Shown here one piece after another: positions 20,096 to 29,160 of a stretch of 64,000 nt of DNA. Numbering within the stretch: position 1 is the first letter of the stretch; the number at the start of each line of letters is the position of its first letter. Source of the stretch: an uncultured Gammaproteobacteria bacterium (GTDB lineage Bacteria; Patescibacteriota; Microgenomatia; Levybacterales; UBA12049); contig CAZWXQ010000003.1 of the NCBI GenBank assembly GCA_964637955.1, forward strand, positions 159,154-223,153, in the 5' to 3' direction. Under the pieces are notes generated by a model. The model saw only the letters and a list, made by a program, of their open reading frames with translations, searched no databases and was not told the DNA's origin. Both the position numbers and the translations under genes were made by a program.

Positions 20096-20997
20096 AAAAC
20101 TATAAAACAATTACTGTGGGAATTCCTGCATACAATGAATCAAGAAATATTTCTTTCTTGCTTAGTGCTTTAAGCACACAAGTTATAAAAACTGGTATTT
20201 TAAAAGAGATAATTCTTATTTCTGATGGAAGCATCGATGAAACAGTTGCAACAGCAAAATCGGTTCATTTACCTTTTCTAAAAATAATTGAATACAAGCA
20301 TAGAGAAGGAAAAATGAAAAGACAAAATGAAATTGTTAAATTATCAGAATCTGATATTTTAGTGCTTTTAGATTCTGACACAATTCTTTTTGGAAATGAT
20401 TTTATTGAAAATTTAATTAATCCAATTGTTTTGGATGAAAATGTTGGATTGGTAGGTGCAAATATAAAAAGCTTAAGAGGTAAAAATTATATTCAAAGAT
20501 CATTAGCCTTAAGTCATGATTTTAAATGGAAAATGTATGAAAAAATTGATGAAGGAAATAATATTTATTTATGTCATGGAAGAGCGAGGGCATTTTCTAA
20601 AAAATTATATAAAAATATTAATTGGCCAGATGAATTTCCTGAAGATGCATACTCATATTTATGGAGCTTGAGGAATGGATTTAAATTTGCATACGCCAAG
20701 AAAGCGGTACTTTTATTTAAATCTCCAGATAATATCAATGATCATCTTAGGCAAAGTTTAAGATTTAAGACTGGAAAATATATTTATAATAAAGATTTCT
20801 CTAAAGAATTCTTAGAATCTGAATACCACATTCCTAAAAAGATTATGTTAGGTTCTATATTTTTACAATTCATAAAACATCCGATTGATATGTCAATTTA
20901 TTTACTGATAATGGTTTATATAAAAATATTTAAATCAGATACAAAAGTAGATAATAATAGATGGGAGATTTCAGAATCTACAAAGGAAATCAATTAA
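20092..20997 (+). CDS. GT2 glycosyltransferase (paralog 2 of 3)
   Basis: GIPAYNES, SDGSID, DSD, PEDAY, QSLRF. Confidence 0.9.
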   Translation: MKNYKTITVGIPAYNESRNISFLLSALSTQVIKTGILKEIILISDGSIDETVATAKSVHLPFLKIIEYKHREGKMKRQNEIVKLSESDILVLLDSDTILFGNDFIENLINPIVLDENVGLVGANIKSLRGKNYIQRSLALSHDFKWKMYEKIDEGNNIYLCHGRARAFSKKLYKNINWPDEFPEDAYSYLWSLRNGFKFAYAKKAVLLFKSPDNINDHLRQSLRFKTGKYIYNKDFSKEFLESEYHIPKKIMLGSIFLQFIKHPIDMSIYLLIMVYIKIFKSDTKVDNNRWEISESTKEIN

Positions 20998-21927
20998 ATG
21001 AAAAATAATAATAAATTTAAAATAGTAAACGTAGATGTTGTCGTCAGTGCTTTTAACGAAGAGCAAAACATTTCAAACTTAATTCATTCAGTATTAAAGC
21101 AAAATGAAAATGGATATAGATTAAAAAACTTAGTGATATTTTCTGATGGCTCTACGGATAATACTGTAAGAGTAATTAAGAAAATTTATGATCATAGGAT
21201 TAAAATCTTTTCTTTCAAGGATAGAAAAGGAAAATCAAGCAGATTAAATAAATATTATAAAAATTCTAATTCAGACATTTTAGTTCAAATTGATGCAGAT
21301 GTTATTTTATCTCATAAAAATGTTTTAACAGATATTGTAAGGCCAATTATTAAAAATAAAAATGTTGGAATGTGTGGGGGAAACGCTCTTCCGATGAAAG
21401 GTAAAACATTTACAGAGAAGGCGGTTAATTATACTAACCAAGCATATCAGCCTATTAAGGACAATCAAAAAAATAAAGATAATGTTTACTCAGTAAGTGG
21501 AGCGATCATGGCCTTTAGAAAAGAACTTGTAAGTATAATTAATTTGCCAGAAAATGTGATAGCAGAAGATGTTTATATTTATTTTTTATGTTTAACTAAC
21601 AAATTTCTTTATAGATATGTTCCATCTGCAGTAGTTAATTATAGATCACCGTCAAATTTAAGGGATCAGATCAAGCAGAATACAAGATTTTTAATGTCTG
21701 AAACAAAAATGAGCATGTATTTCTCAAAAGATTTAGTTGAACGCGAATCTTATTTTCCCAAGAAAATATTGGTAATTCAAATGTTAAAAATTTTCATAAA
21801 ACATCCATTTCATTGTATATATATATTTATAGTTAATAGATATTGTCAGTTGAGAGCAGAGAAGTTAGTATTAGAAATGAAGGCTGATTGGCAAATTGCT
21901 GGGAGTACTAAGAAAGGATTTGCTTAA
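20998..21927 (+). CDS. GT2 glycosyltransferase (paralog 3 of 3)
   Basis: VSAFNEE, SDGSTD, DAD, AEDVY, QNTRF. Confidence 0.9.
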   Translation: MKNNNKFKIVNVDVVVSAFNEEQNISNLIHSVLKQNENGYRLKNLVIFSDGSTDNTVRVIKKIYDHRIKIFSFKDRKGKSSRLNKYYKNSNSDILVQIDADVILSHKNVLTDIVRPIIKNKNVGMCGGNALPMKGKTFTEKAVNYTNQAYQPIKDNQKNKDNVYSVSGAIMAFRKELVSIINLPENVIAEDVYIYFLCLTNKFLYRYVPSAVVNYRSPSNLRDQIKQNTRFLMSETKMSMYFSKDLVERESYFPKKILVIQMLKIFIKHPFHCIYIFIVNRYCQLRAEKLVLEMKADWQIAGSTKKGFA

Positions 21928-21947
21928 AGAATCAAGCAAGATTTGAT

Positions 21948-23501
21948 ATGAAGACTATGTTTTATAAATTATTAAAAATTGGATTTGTAGTATTTGTTGG
22001 ATTAATTCTTTCTCTATCCATAAGAGGAAATAAAGGAAATCCGACTTCTCAAGATTTAAGTAATATAAAGTGGGCAGCGAATGGGCCGTTTGAGCTATCT
22101 CCTGAAAGGGGCAGATTTGCATTGATGTACAGCATGGTTGAAGATAGATCTTTTTATTTCTCAGAACCTGTTGCTAGATTTGCAGCTCCTGATATTGGCG
22201 AAAGTAATGGGCATTATGTTTCTTTGTTTGCTCCACTAGTTTCATTTATCATAATTCCAGGATATCTTCTTGGAAAAGTTTTTGGAGTGAGTCAGGTGGG
22301 AGCATTTGCTGTGATAGCATTATTTGCGCTTTTTAATGTAATTCTATTAAGATTAATTGCAATAAGGCTTGGTGCTGGAAAATTGCCAGCTACCATAGCT
22401 TCACTTTTATTTTTATTTGCAACTCCAGCATTCTCATATGCAGTTAACTTATATCAGCATCATATCTCAACTTTTTTAATTCTTTCGAGTATATATTTGC
22501 TTTTAAAATCAAATAAGATTTGGGTATTATTTGGCGTTTTCTTTTTATGCGCTATGTCTATACCTTTGGATTATCCTAATGCATTTCTCATGTTTCCAAT
22601 TGGTGTCTATGCGCTCCTTCGAATAATTTCACTAAAAAGAGATGAGGAAAAAATAATATTTAAATTTAATTTTGTAAAGTTTTTAACTGTATTTATTATG
22701 ATTTTACCACTACTGTTCTTTTTCTGGTTTAATAAAAAATCATATGATAATCCGCTTCAGTTTTCAGGGACAGTAAAAACAGCAGAATTTAAAGACTTAA
22801 ATAATATTGATAATTTTAATAAAAAATTTATTGAAAAAAATGTGGGAGAGGAAAAAGGGAAATCAGCTTTAGGCTTTTTCAGCACACGTGATCTTCTAAA
22901 TGGTTTTTATATTCATACGATAAGTCCAGATAGAGGAATCGTATACTATGCCCCTGTGGTATTGTTTGGTATTGCTGGAATAATTTTTGCTATACGAAGA
23001 AAGATGCAAATGACAGCCGTTTTGGTTGCTGTAATAGGCGCTAATTTACTTCTTTATTCAATGTGGGGAGATCCTTGGGGAGGATGGGCATTTGGATCCA
23101 GGTATTTGATTCCGACATTTGCAATCCTTTCAATTTTTACAGCAATAGCTATAAATCGATGGGGAAATAAAATATTATTTGTCATACCATTTATAGTTGT
23201 TTCCATCTATTCGGTAGCTGTGAATGTTTTGGGAGCGATTACTACTAGCGCTATGCCACCTAAGATCGAAGTTCTGGCGCTTGAAAAAATTTCAAACACC
23301 GTTCAGAAATATGATTATTTCAGAAACTGGGATTATCTTTCTGGTGGAAATTCTAAATCATTTATCTATCAAGCATTTTTAGAAAAATATATTTCATCGG
23401 TATTGTTTTATGGAATCTTAACTATAAGCATATGTTTGGTTTTGGGAAGTTTAATCATTTATCAGTATATGTATTCAAGGAGAGGAGTATCGAATGATTA
23501 A
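21948..23501 (+). CDS. polytopic membrane protein, probable GT-C (type A, copy 1)
   Basis: ERGRFAL, APD..NGHY, SPDRG, WGGWAFGSRYL; paralog of 29150..30589. Confidence 0.7.
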   Translation: MKTMFYKLLKIGFVVFVGLILSLSIRGNKGNPTSQDLSNIKWAANGPFELSPERGRFALMYSMVEDRSFYFSEPVARFAAPDIGESNGHYVSLFAPLVSFIIIPGYLLGKVFGVSQVGAFAVIALFALFNVILLRLIAIRLGAGKLPATIASLLFLFATPAFSYAVNLYQHHISTFLILSSIYLLLKSNKIWVLFGVFFLCAMSIPLDYPNAFLMFPIGVYALLRIISLKRDEEKIIFKFNFVKFLTVFIMILPLLFFFWFNKKSYDNPLQFSGTVKTAEFKDLNNIDNFNKKFIEKNVGEEKGKSALGFFSTRDLLNGFYIHTISPDRGIVYYAPVVLFGIAGIIFAIRRKMQMTAVLVAVIGANLLLYSMWGDPWGGWAFGSRYLIPTFAILSIFTAIAINRWGNKILFVIPFIVVSIYSVAVNVLGAITTSAMPPKIEVLALEKISNTVQKYDYFRNWDYLSGGNSKSFIYQAFLEKYISSVLFYGILTISICLVLGSLIIYQYMYSRRGVSND

Positions 23502-25134
23502 TTTTCGAAATGGTTATATTATCATTAAAGTTTCTGAAAAAAATAAAATTCTTGACTCTATATTAAATTTTTTAGATAAATATACAGTTTATCTATTAAT
23601 ATCGTTTTTATTTTTTGTTTCGACTCTTTCTTATTTATTTTTCTATCAAAATGGGCTTGGCCTTGCTTATAATGATGCGCGGTCTCATTTAGATATAGGC
23701 AGACGTGTAGTGGAAGGTCTTAAGCCTGGATTTGCACAACTCGGATCAGTTTGGCTGCCACTCCCTCATGTGTTGATGCTTCCTACTATATGGAATGATT
23801 TTATGTGGCATACAGGTCTTTCTGGAGCACTTCAGTCAATGATCTCATTTATAGCAACAGGCTTATTAATTTATTATTTCTTAAAAGAGATTGGGGTTAG
23901 TAAATTTGGAAGAATAATTGGTGTTTTGGTTTTCGTTCTTAATATTAACATTTTATATCTTCAGTCTACTGCAATGACTGAGCTTCTGTTAATTGGGACG
24001 ATGATGGCTGGAATATATGAATTTCTTTTATTTTTTAAAAAAGGACAAATCATAAATTTAATATTTTCAGCATTTTTCATAATGCTTTCTACGATGATTA
24101 GGTATGATGGATGGTTCTTATTTGTTTTTTGCGCATTCTTGCTTGGAATCCAGGTCATAAAAAGTAGAGGATATAAGGTTAGTGAAGGAGTAGTATTACT
24201 ATTTGCTACCCTTGCAGGATTTGGAATTGCATTATGGTTTTTATGGAACTTGCTAATATTTAAAGATCCACTTTATTTTATTTTTGGTCCATATTCTGCA
24301 CACACTCAGCAAGAACAGCTCGCTGCAGCGGGAAATTTAGCAACACAAGGAAATTTATTATTTTCAATTAAAACCTACATCTATGCTCTAGCTTATAATT
24401 CAAATACTTTTATTTTAGTTCTGGGATTTATTGGTGCAGTTGTATTTTGGTTTGATAAGAATATTTCAACTAACATTAAGATTGCATCAAGTGCTCTTTT
24501 TGCCCCGCTTATATTTAATATCTTAGCTCTCTATATGGGTCAATCTGTTCTTTTTATCCAAGGACTTTCTGGAAATACATGGTTTAATGCCAGATATGGA
24601 ATTATGCTTATGCCATCCCTTGCGATTTTTATAGGTTATTTAGTTTATAGACTTAACAATTTGAAATATGTATTAGTAGGTCTTATGGCATTTGTTTTAT
24701 TCTTTTCATTTTCAAGTTATGATGCAGTAACCATAGATGATGCCAGAGTTGGATCAAGTCAAAAAAATGTATCTGAAGTATCAGGATGGTTAGGGAAAAA
24801 TGCTAAAGATAAAGAGGGATTTGTATTAATTTCTGCAGCCTCACATGATGCAATTATTTTCTCTTCAGGGTTACCTATGAAAAGATTTATTCATGAAGGA
24901 ACTGGATTGTATTGGGACAGTGCTACAGTTGCTCCAGACAGGTGGGCGCGGTGGATAGTTATGAGAACAAATGACAATAATGATTTGACTTTTAAGCTCG
25001 TAAGCCAAAGCAAATCATTTAGGAATGGAGATTATATTCTTGTTGATCATTACCCATTTGCAGATATTTATGAGATAAAACCAGAGCTCATAAAAAACTT
25101 GAACATTAAACCTAATTTAGGAAAACAAAAGTAA
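23494..25134 (+). CDS. GT-C / GT39-like membrane glycosyltransferase (type B, copy 1)
   Basis: YNDARSH, AQLGSVWLPL, MTE, RYDGW, RYG, IHEGTG; paralog of 27559..29160. Confidence 0.75.
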   Translation: MINFRNGYIIIKVSEKNKILDSILNFLDKYTVYLLISFLFFVSTLSYLFFYQNGLGLAYNDARSHLDIGRRVVEGLKPGFAQLGSVWLPLPHVLMLPTIWNDFMWHTGLSGALQSMISFIATGLLIYYFLKEIGVSKFGRIIGVLVFVLNINILYLQSTAMTELLLIGTMMAGIYEFLLFFKKGQIINLIFSAFFIMLSTMIRYDGWFLFVFCAFLLGIQVIKSRGYKVSEGVVLLFATLAGFGIALWFLWNLLIFKDPLYFIFGPYSAHTQQEQLAAAGNLATQGNLLFSIKTYIYALAYNSNTFILVLGFIGAVVFWFDKNISTNIKIASSALFAPLIFNILALYMGQSVLFIQGLSGNTWFNARYGIMLMPSLAIFIGYLVYRLNNLKYVLVGLMAFVLFFSFSSYDAVTIDDARVGSSQKNVSEVSGWLGKNAKDKEGFVLISAASHDAIIFSSGLPMKRFIHEGTGLYWDSATVAPDRWARWIVMRTNDNNDLTFKLVSQSKSFRNGDYILVDHYPFADIYEIKPELIKNLNIKPNLGKQK

Positions 25135-26108
25135 TGAAAAAAATATACTTAATTATAACGGGTATTCTTTTTGTAATTTTTGTAAGTTTATTTTTTACTT
25201 TCAAGTCTAAAGAAACCTCCCCATACTCTAATTGGAATTTTCAATCGATTGATACTATGAAATATTCTAGAGACTTAGCTAGAGAGAAATTAAATGATCC
25301 ATTGTTTGATAAAGTCATAAATGATCAAGTTAAAGCTATTTCTGACACAGGTGCGACTCATATCGCTATAGCTACTCCATATGACGAAGAATTTTACCCA
25401 ATATTAAAAAGATGGGTAATTGCAGCAAGAAAAAATAACTTAAAAGTATGGTTTAGAGGTAATTGGGCTGGATGGGAGGGATGGTTTGACTATCCTAAGA
25501 TTAATAGGCAAGAACATTTAGAAAAGTCACAAGAATTTATTCTTAAGCATAAAGATTTGTTTGAAGATGGAGATGTATTTACGGCCTGTCCTGAGTGTGA
25601 GAATGGTGGCCCTGGAGACCCTAGGCAAACTGGAGATATAAAAGGACATAGGATGTTTTTAATAGAAGAATACGAAATGACAAAGTCAGCATTTAAAAAA
25701 ATAAATAAGAATATAATTTCAAACTATGACTCTATGAATGCTGATGTAGCCAAAGCAGTAATGGATAAAAATACTACAATTGCTCTAGACGGAGTAGTGA
25801 CGATTGATCATTATGTGGCTACTCCAGAAAAGATGATTGATGATATTAAATTTATCTCTAAAAATAGTGGCGGTAAGATAGTTTTGGGTGAAATCGGAGC
25901 GCCAATTCCGGATATTAATGGTAATTTAAATGAAGCACAGCAGGCTGATTGGATAAACAAATCATTTACTTTACTTAAAATGTCTCCAGATGTTATAGGA
26001 GTAAATTATTGGACAAATGTGGGTGGATCAACTTCTCTTTGGCATGTAGATGGCTCAGAAAAGCCAGCAGTAGGGATTATTAAATCATTTTATAAGCCTC
26101 AAAGATAA
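25134..26108 (+). CDS. membrane-anchored putative glycoside hydrolase (clan GH-A-like)
   Basis: N-terminal TM; LKVWFRG, CPECENG (candidate acid/base), IVLGEIG (candidate nucleophile), QADWI, GVNYW. Confidence 0.65.
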   Translation: MKKIYLIITGILFVIFVSLFFTFKSKETSPYSNWNFQSIDTMKYSRDLAREKLNDPLFDKVINDQVKAISDTGATHIAIATPYDEEFYPILKRWVIAARKNNLKVWFRGNWAGWEGWFDYPKINRQEHLEKSQEFILKHKDLFEDGDVFTACPECENGGPGDPRQTGDIKGHRMFLIEEYEMTKSAFKKINKNIISNYDSMNADVAKAVMDKNTTIALDGVVTIDHYVATPEKMIDDIKFISKNSGGKIVLGEIGAPIPDINGNLNEAQQADWINKSFTLLKMSPDVIGVNYWTNVGGSTSLWHVDGSEKPAVGIIKSFYKPQR

Positions 26109-26123
26109 CTCTAGGACTAACTA

Positions 26124-26151
26124 TTGACAATTTATAAATTTCTGATATAAT
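26124..26151 (+). promoter_or_regulatory. consensus sigma70 promoter for the LANTG protein/sortase pair
   Basis: TTGACA-16 bp-TATAAT with extended -10 TG. Confidence 0.75.
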
Positions 26152-26166
26152 CCTATAACAATTTTT

Positions 26167-26192
26167 AATGAAGCTTTTTAGCTTCATTTTTT
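26167..26192 (+). terminator. hairpin plus T tract just before the ATG at 26196 (terminator or leader structure)
   Basis: aatgaagct-tttt-agcttcatt then tttt. Confidence 0.45.
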
Positions 26193-26195
26193 ATT

Positions 26196-26795
26196 ATGAA
26201 AAGCAAGAATTTATTCGTTATAGTATTAAGTATAGTATTAATGTTATCGGCTTATGTGCCGAGCGCTTTGGCAGCAAACGAACCTTCATTTCCAACTTGT
26301 GTAAATCCACAAGGTCAGGTAAAGGCTTCATATGAATCAGGTAGTCACGGGGTAGTAGGTGACCCAAAAACATATTCAGGTAAAGATACAGTATATTCAC
26401 TTAATGGCGGAAATCAGACACAATGTTTGTGTCCCGTAAATGGAAGTGGAATCCAGACCAATTGGATGAAAGCTTCAAATTTAAGTGAAAATGAAATTAG
26501 CATTTTTGTTAATCAAGGCTGGATACTAGTAGCAGATGGAAGTGCTTGGGGCCTTGATCAAGGGACGTATTTAGCAAAAAACATAAGTTATTCATGCTCA
26601 TCCAATCAGGGCGGAACAAGCTCTAGTAGTTCTTCATCAAATTCAAATGATAGTAAAAATGCAGGTGCTTCAGCTACTAACAGTATATTTAGCTTAGCAA
26701 ATACAGGAAATATTGTATTTATTGCTTCAGTTTTCATTTTAGGATTTTTCTTACTTATTGCTGGATTTGCCACTTCACAAAAAAGAAAAGAGTAA
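26196..26795 (+). CDS. secreted surface protein with LPXTG-like (LANTG) sorting signal
   Basis: Signal peptide (SALA/ANE), 4 Cys, Ser-rich stalk, LANTG at 26694-26708, then TM and KRKE tail. Confidence 0.8.
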   Translation: MKSKNLFVIVLSIVLMLSAYVPSALAANEPSFPTCVNPQGQVKASYESGSHGVVGDPKTYSGKDTVYSLNGGNQTQCLCPVNGSGIQTNWMKASNLSENEISIFVNQGWILVADGSAWGLDQGTYLAKNISYSCSSNQGGTSSSSSSSNSNDSKNAGASATNSIFSLANTGNIVFIASVFILGFFLLIAGFATSQKRKE

Positions 26796-26799
26796 TCAA

Positions 26800-27330
26800 A
26801 TGAATCTTTTTTCAAAGCTGCTCGCTGCTTCGGGAATACTTCTTTTAATATTTGGATTTTATTTAGTAAATTTAAGATTTAGTCCGAAAAAAATTGCCTT
26901 CTCAGATGTAAAGGTTGAAGAAAAAAAGCAAACAAATGTTGCTCCAGCGAGGATAATTATCCCTAGTTTAAAAATCGATAGTAAAATCGTTCCTGCAATA
27001 ATTACAAATAACAAATGGGAAGTCACAAATGAAGGAGTTTCATATTTATCTTCTTCGCCTATTCCTGGAGATCAAGGCAATAGCATTCTTTATGGTCATA
27101 ACTGGAGTAGTATACTCGGAAATCTTACAAAGATTAAGCCAGGGGAGAAACTAATTATAGTAATGAATGACGGTGATGTTAGGGAGTTTGTTGTTAATTA
27201 CACTATGATAGTCTCTCCAACTCAAACCAACATATTAGATCAAAGTAAAGACAATAGGCTTACTATTTATACATGTGCTGGATTTCTAGATTCAAAGAGA
27301 TTTGTAGCCACAGCGCTGCTTGTTAAGTAA
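26800..27330 (+). CDS. sortase
   Basis: N-terminal TM, RIIIPSLKI, PGDQGNSILYGHN (His), LTIYTC (Cys), KRFV (Arg); start moved to ATG 26800. Confidence 0.93.
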   Translation: MNLFSKLLAASGILLLIFGFYLVNLRFSPKKIAFSDVKVEEKKQTNVAPARIIIPSLKIDSKIVPAIITNNKWEVTNEGVSYLSSSPIPGDQGNSILYGHNWSSILGNLTKIKPGEKLIIVMNDGDVREFVVNYTMIVSPTQTNILDQSKDNRLTIYTCAGFLDSKRFVATALLVK

Positions 27331-27351
27331 TTTCCTCAGTAGATTAATTTT

Positions 27352-27386
27352 AAAAAAGCAAAAAGGTCTACTTTTTGGGCAGACCT
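27352..27386 (-). terminator. intrinsic terminator, possibly bidirectional
   Basis: Minus strand AGGTCTGC-CCAAAAA-GTAGACCT followed by TTTTGCTTTTTT. Confidence 0.75.
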
Positions 27387-27494
27387 CTTTGTTTATTTTG
27401 ATTTTCTTACCTTGTGAGTAAGTCCATCCCCTGTAATGTCCCTCAAAAGAACTAGTATCTTTATTGGCAAGTCTAGCTAATGCATTAGTTAGGC
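27352..27494 (-). ncRNA. candidate small RNA of about 140 nt
   Basis: Promoter-like signal at 27530-27501, internal hairpins and a terminator; only tiny ORFs inside. Confidence 0.35.
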
Positions 27495-27500
27495 ATAATT

Positions 27501-27530
27501 AGAATAATACGTTTTTTATAGGTTTGTCAA
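27501..27530 (-). promoter_or_regulatory. promoter-like signal between convergent genes
   Basis: TTGACA (27530-27525)-18 bp-TATTCT (27506-27501). Confidence 0.45.
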
Positions 27531-27558
27531 GTTTTAAGCCTGGCTTGTAATATCAAAT

Positions 27559-29160
27559 TTAATTAGGTGGTAAATTAGAATTCTTGTAGATATTTGTATA
27601 TTTTCCCCTAAGAACTAATTTGAAATTTTTTGAGAAATCGGGATTATTTTCTTTTACTAACTTTGTGTAGACTTCATCTCCGACATCTCCATTTGCCATA
27701 ATTATCCATTTAATATCTTTTGATGGCGTAGTAAGAGCGCGATTCCAGTAGTCACCTGTGCCCTCATGTACAAATCTTTTCAAATGCACTCCACTCGAGA
27801 AAGCCAAAGCATTATTGAATGCAATCGATGTCAGAATAAGTCCATCTTCATTATCTGCTGCACTTCTTATCCATCCACTTGCATCTCCCACTTGAAGGGA
27901 GCTAGTTCCAATTACACCGTCAGTTATTGTTACTACATCATTTCTAGCATAGAAAAATATGGACTGAATTATTATCAGCGAAAATAGCAGCATTTGAAGG
28001 ACTTTTTCTCTTGCCCAGTAAGCAGAAAAAACAGCAATTGCTGGCGCTACCATTAGTCCATATCTGACATTAAACCAGGATGTTTTTGCTTCTTCTGTCA
28101 CTTTAACTCCTAATTCCGGAGTAACTAAGATTGAATTCCCTATGTACAACGAAATAATATGAAAGGCAATTGGTGTAAGTAGAGTTAATACCGCGACAGT
28201 TAGGGGAGTAAGTTTGTTTCTGAATAAGAATAATAATAAGCCGATAATGGAAGAGATCATTAAGAAAGAACCAATATTATCAAGCATTGAAGACCAATAT
28301 GCTTGAATAGAAAGCGTTAGATTTTTATAAGTTAGTAATGATCCCGCTTCTTGAATACGCGCTTGTTGTGCATGTGCAGAATATGGGCCAAGCGCAAAGT
28401 AAAATGGATCATTAAAGATAAGCAGATTCCATATAATCCAAAGGAAAATTCCAAATCCACCAACAGTTAAAAATAGCAATAATCTTGCTTCAAGAATACG
28501 TAATCCTTGAGAAGCAGAAGAAGCGCTTATTTTTAATTTACCCTCCTGTTTGTAGTAAAGAAGAGTGATTATTACTATGGAAGGGGCCATGCATATAAAT
28601 AAAAACCATGCATCATATCGCGTTAAAGTTGCAAAAAATACCATCATTGCTGATAAGACTAAGTAGATAATGTTATATTTTTCCTTCACCCATTTAACCA
28701 GAAAATAAGAAGTTCCTGTAAAAAACATAAGAAGCGTAAGCTCTGTCATTGGAGTCGCTTGCATGTATAAAACGTTTGGATTTAAAAGAAATACAAGAGA
28801 ACCGAGAATTGAAGCGCCAATCCTTCTAGTTAGTTGAAATACTAACCCATATATAAATAGCGAGCATATTACATACGAGACCATTGATGCTATGCTGCCT
28901 GCAAATCCTGTTTGCCAAAGAGTATGATTCCAAACAAATGGAAGCATGAGTACATGGTTTAAGGGTAGCCAGACGCTACCTATTTGGGCGAGTCCAGGAT
29001 TAAGGTTATCAAATACAAGACGAGCCATATTTAGATGAGCTCTCGAGTCGTTGTACGCAACAATTACGTCTTTATATGAATAATAAAAAAAGCTCGTCAA
29101 GCTTAATGAGATAGATAAAATAATTATCAGATAAAGTCCATTTCTATAATTAAGCCTCAT
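27559..29160 (-). CDS. GT-C / GT39-like membrane glycosyltransferase (type B, copy 2)
   Basis: YNDSRAH, AQIGSVWLPL, MTE, RYDAW, RYG, VHEGTG. Confidence 0.75.
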   Translation of the reverse strand: MRLNYRNGLYLIIILSISLSLTSFFYYSYKDVIVAYNDSRAHLNMARLVFDNLNPGLAQIGSVWLPLNHVLMLPFVWNHTLWQTGFAGSIASMVSYVICSLFIYGLVFQLTRRIGASILGSLVFLLNPNVLYMQATPMTELTLLMFFTGTSYFLVKWVKEKYNIIYLVLSAMMVFFATLTRYDAWFLFICMAPSIVIITLLYYKQEGKLKISASSASQGLRILEARLLLFLTVGGFGIFLWIIWNLLIFNDPFYFALGPYSAHAQQARIQEAGSLLTYKNLTLSIQAYWSSMLDNIGSFLMISSIIGLLLFLFRNKLTPLTVAVLTLLTPIAFHIISLYIGNSILVTPELGVKVTEEAKTSWFNVRYGLMVAPAIAVFSAYWAREKVLQMLLFSLIIIQSIFFYARNDVVTITDGVIGTSSLQVGDASGWIRSAADNEDGLILTSIAFNNALAFSSGVHLKRFVHEGTGDYWNRALTTPSKDIKWIIMANGDVGDEVYTKLVKENNPDFSKNFKLVLRGKYTNIYKNSNLPPN

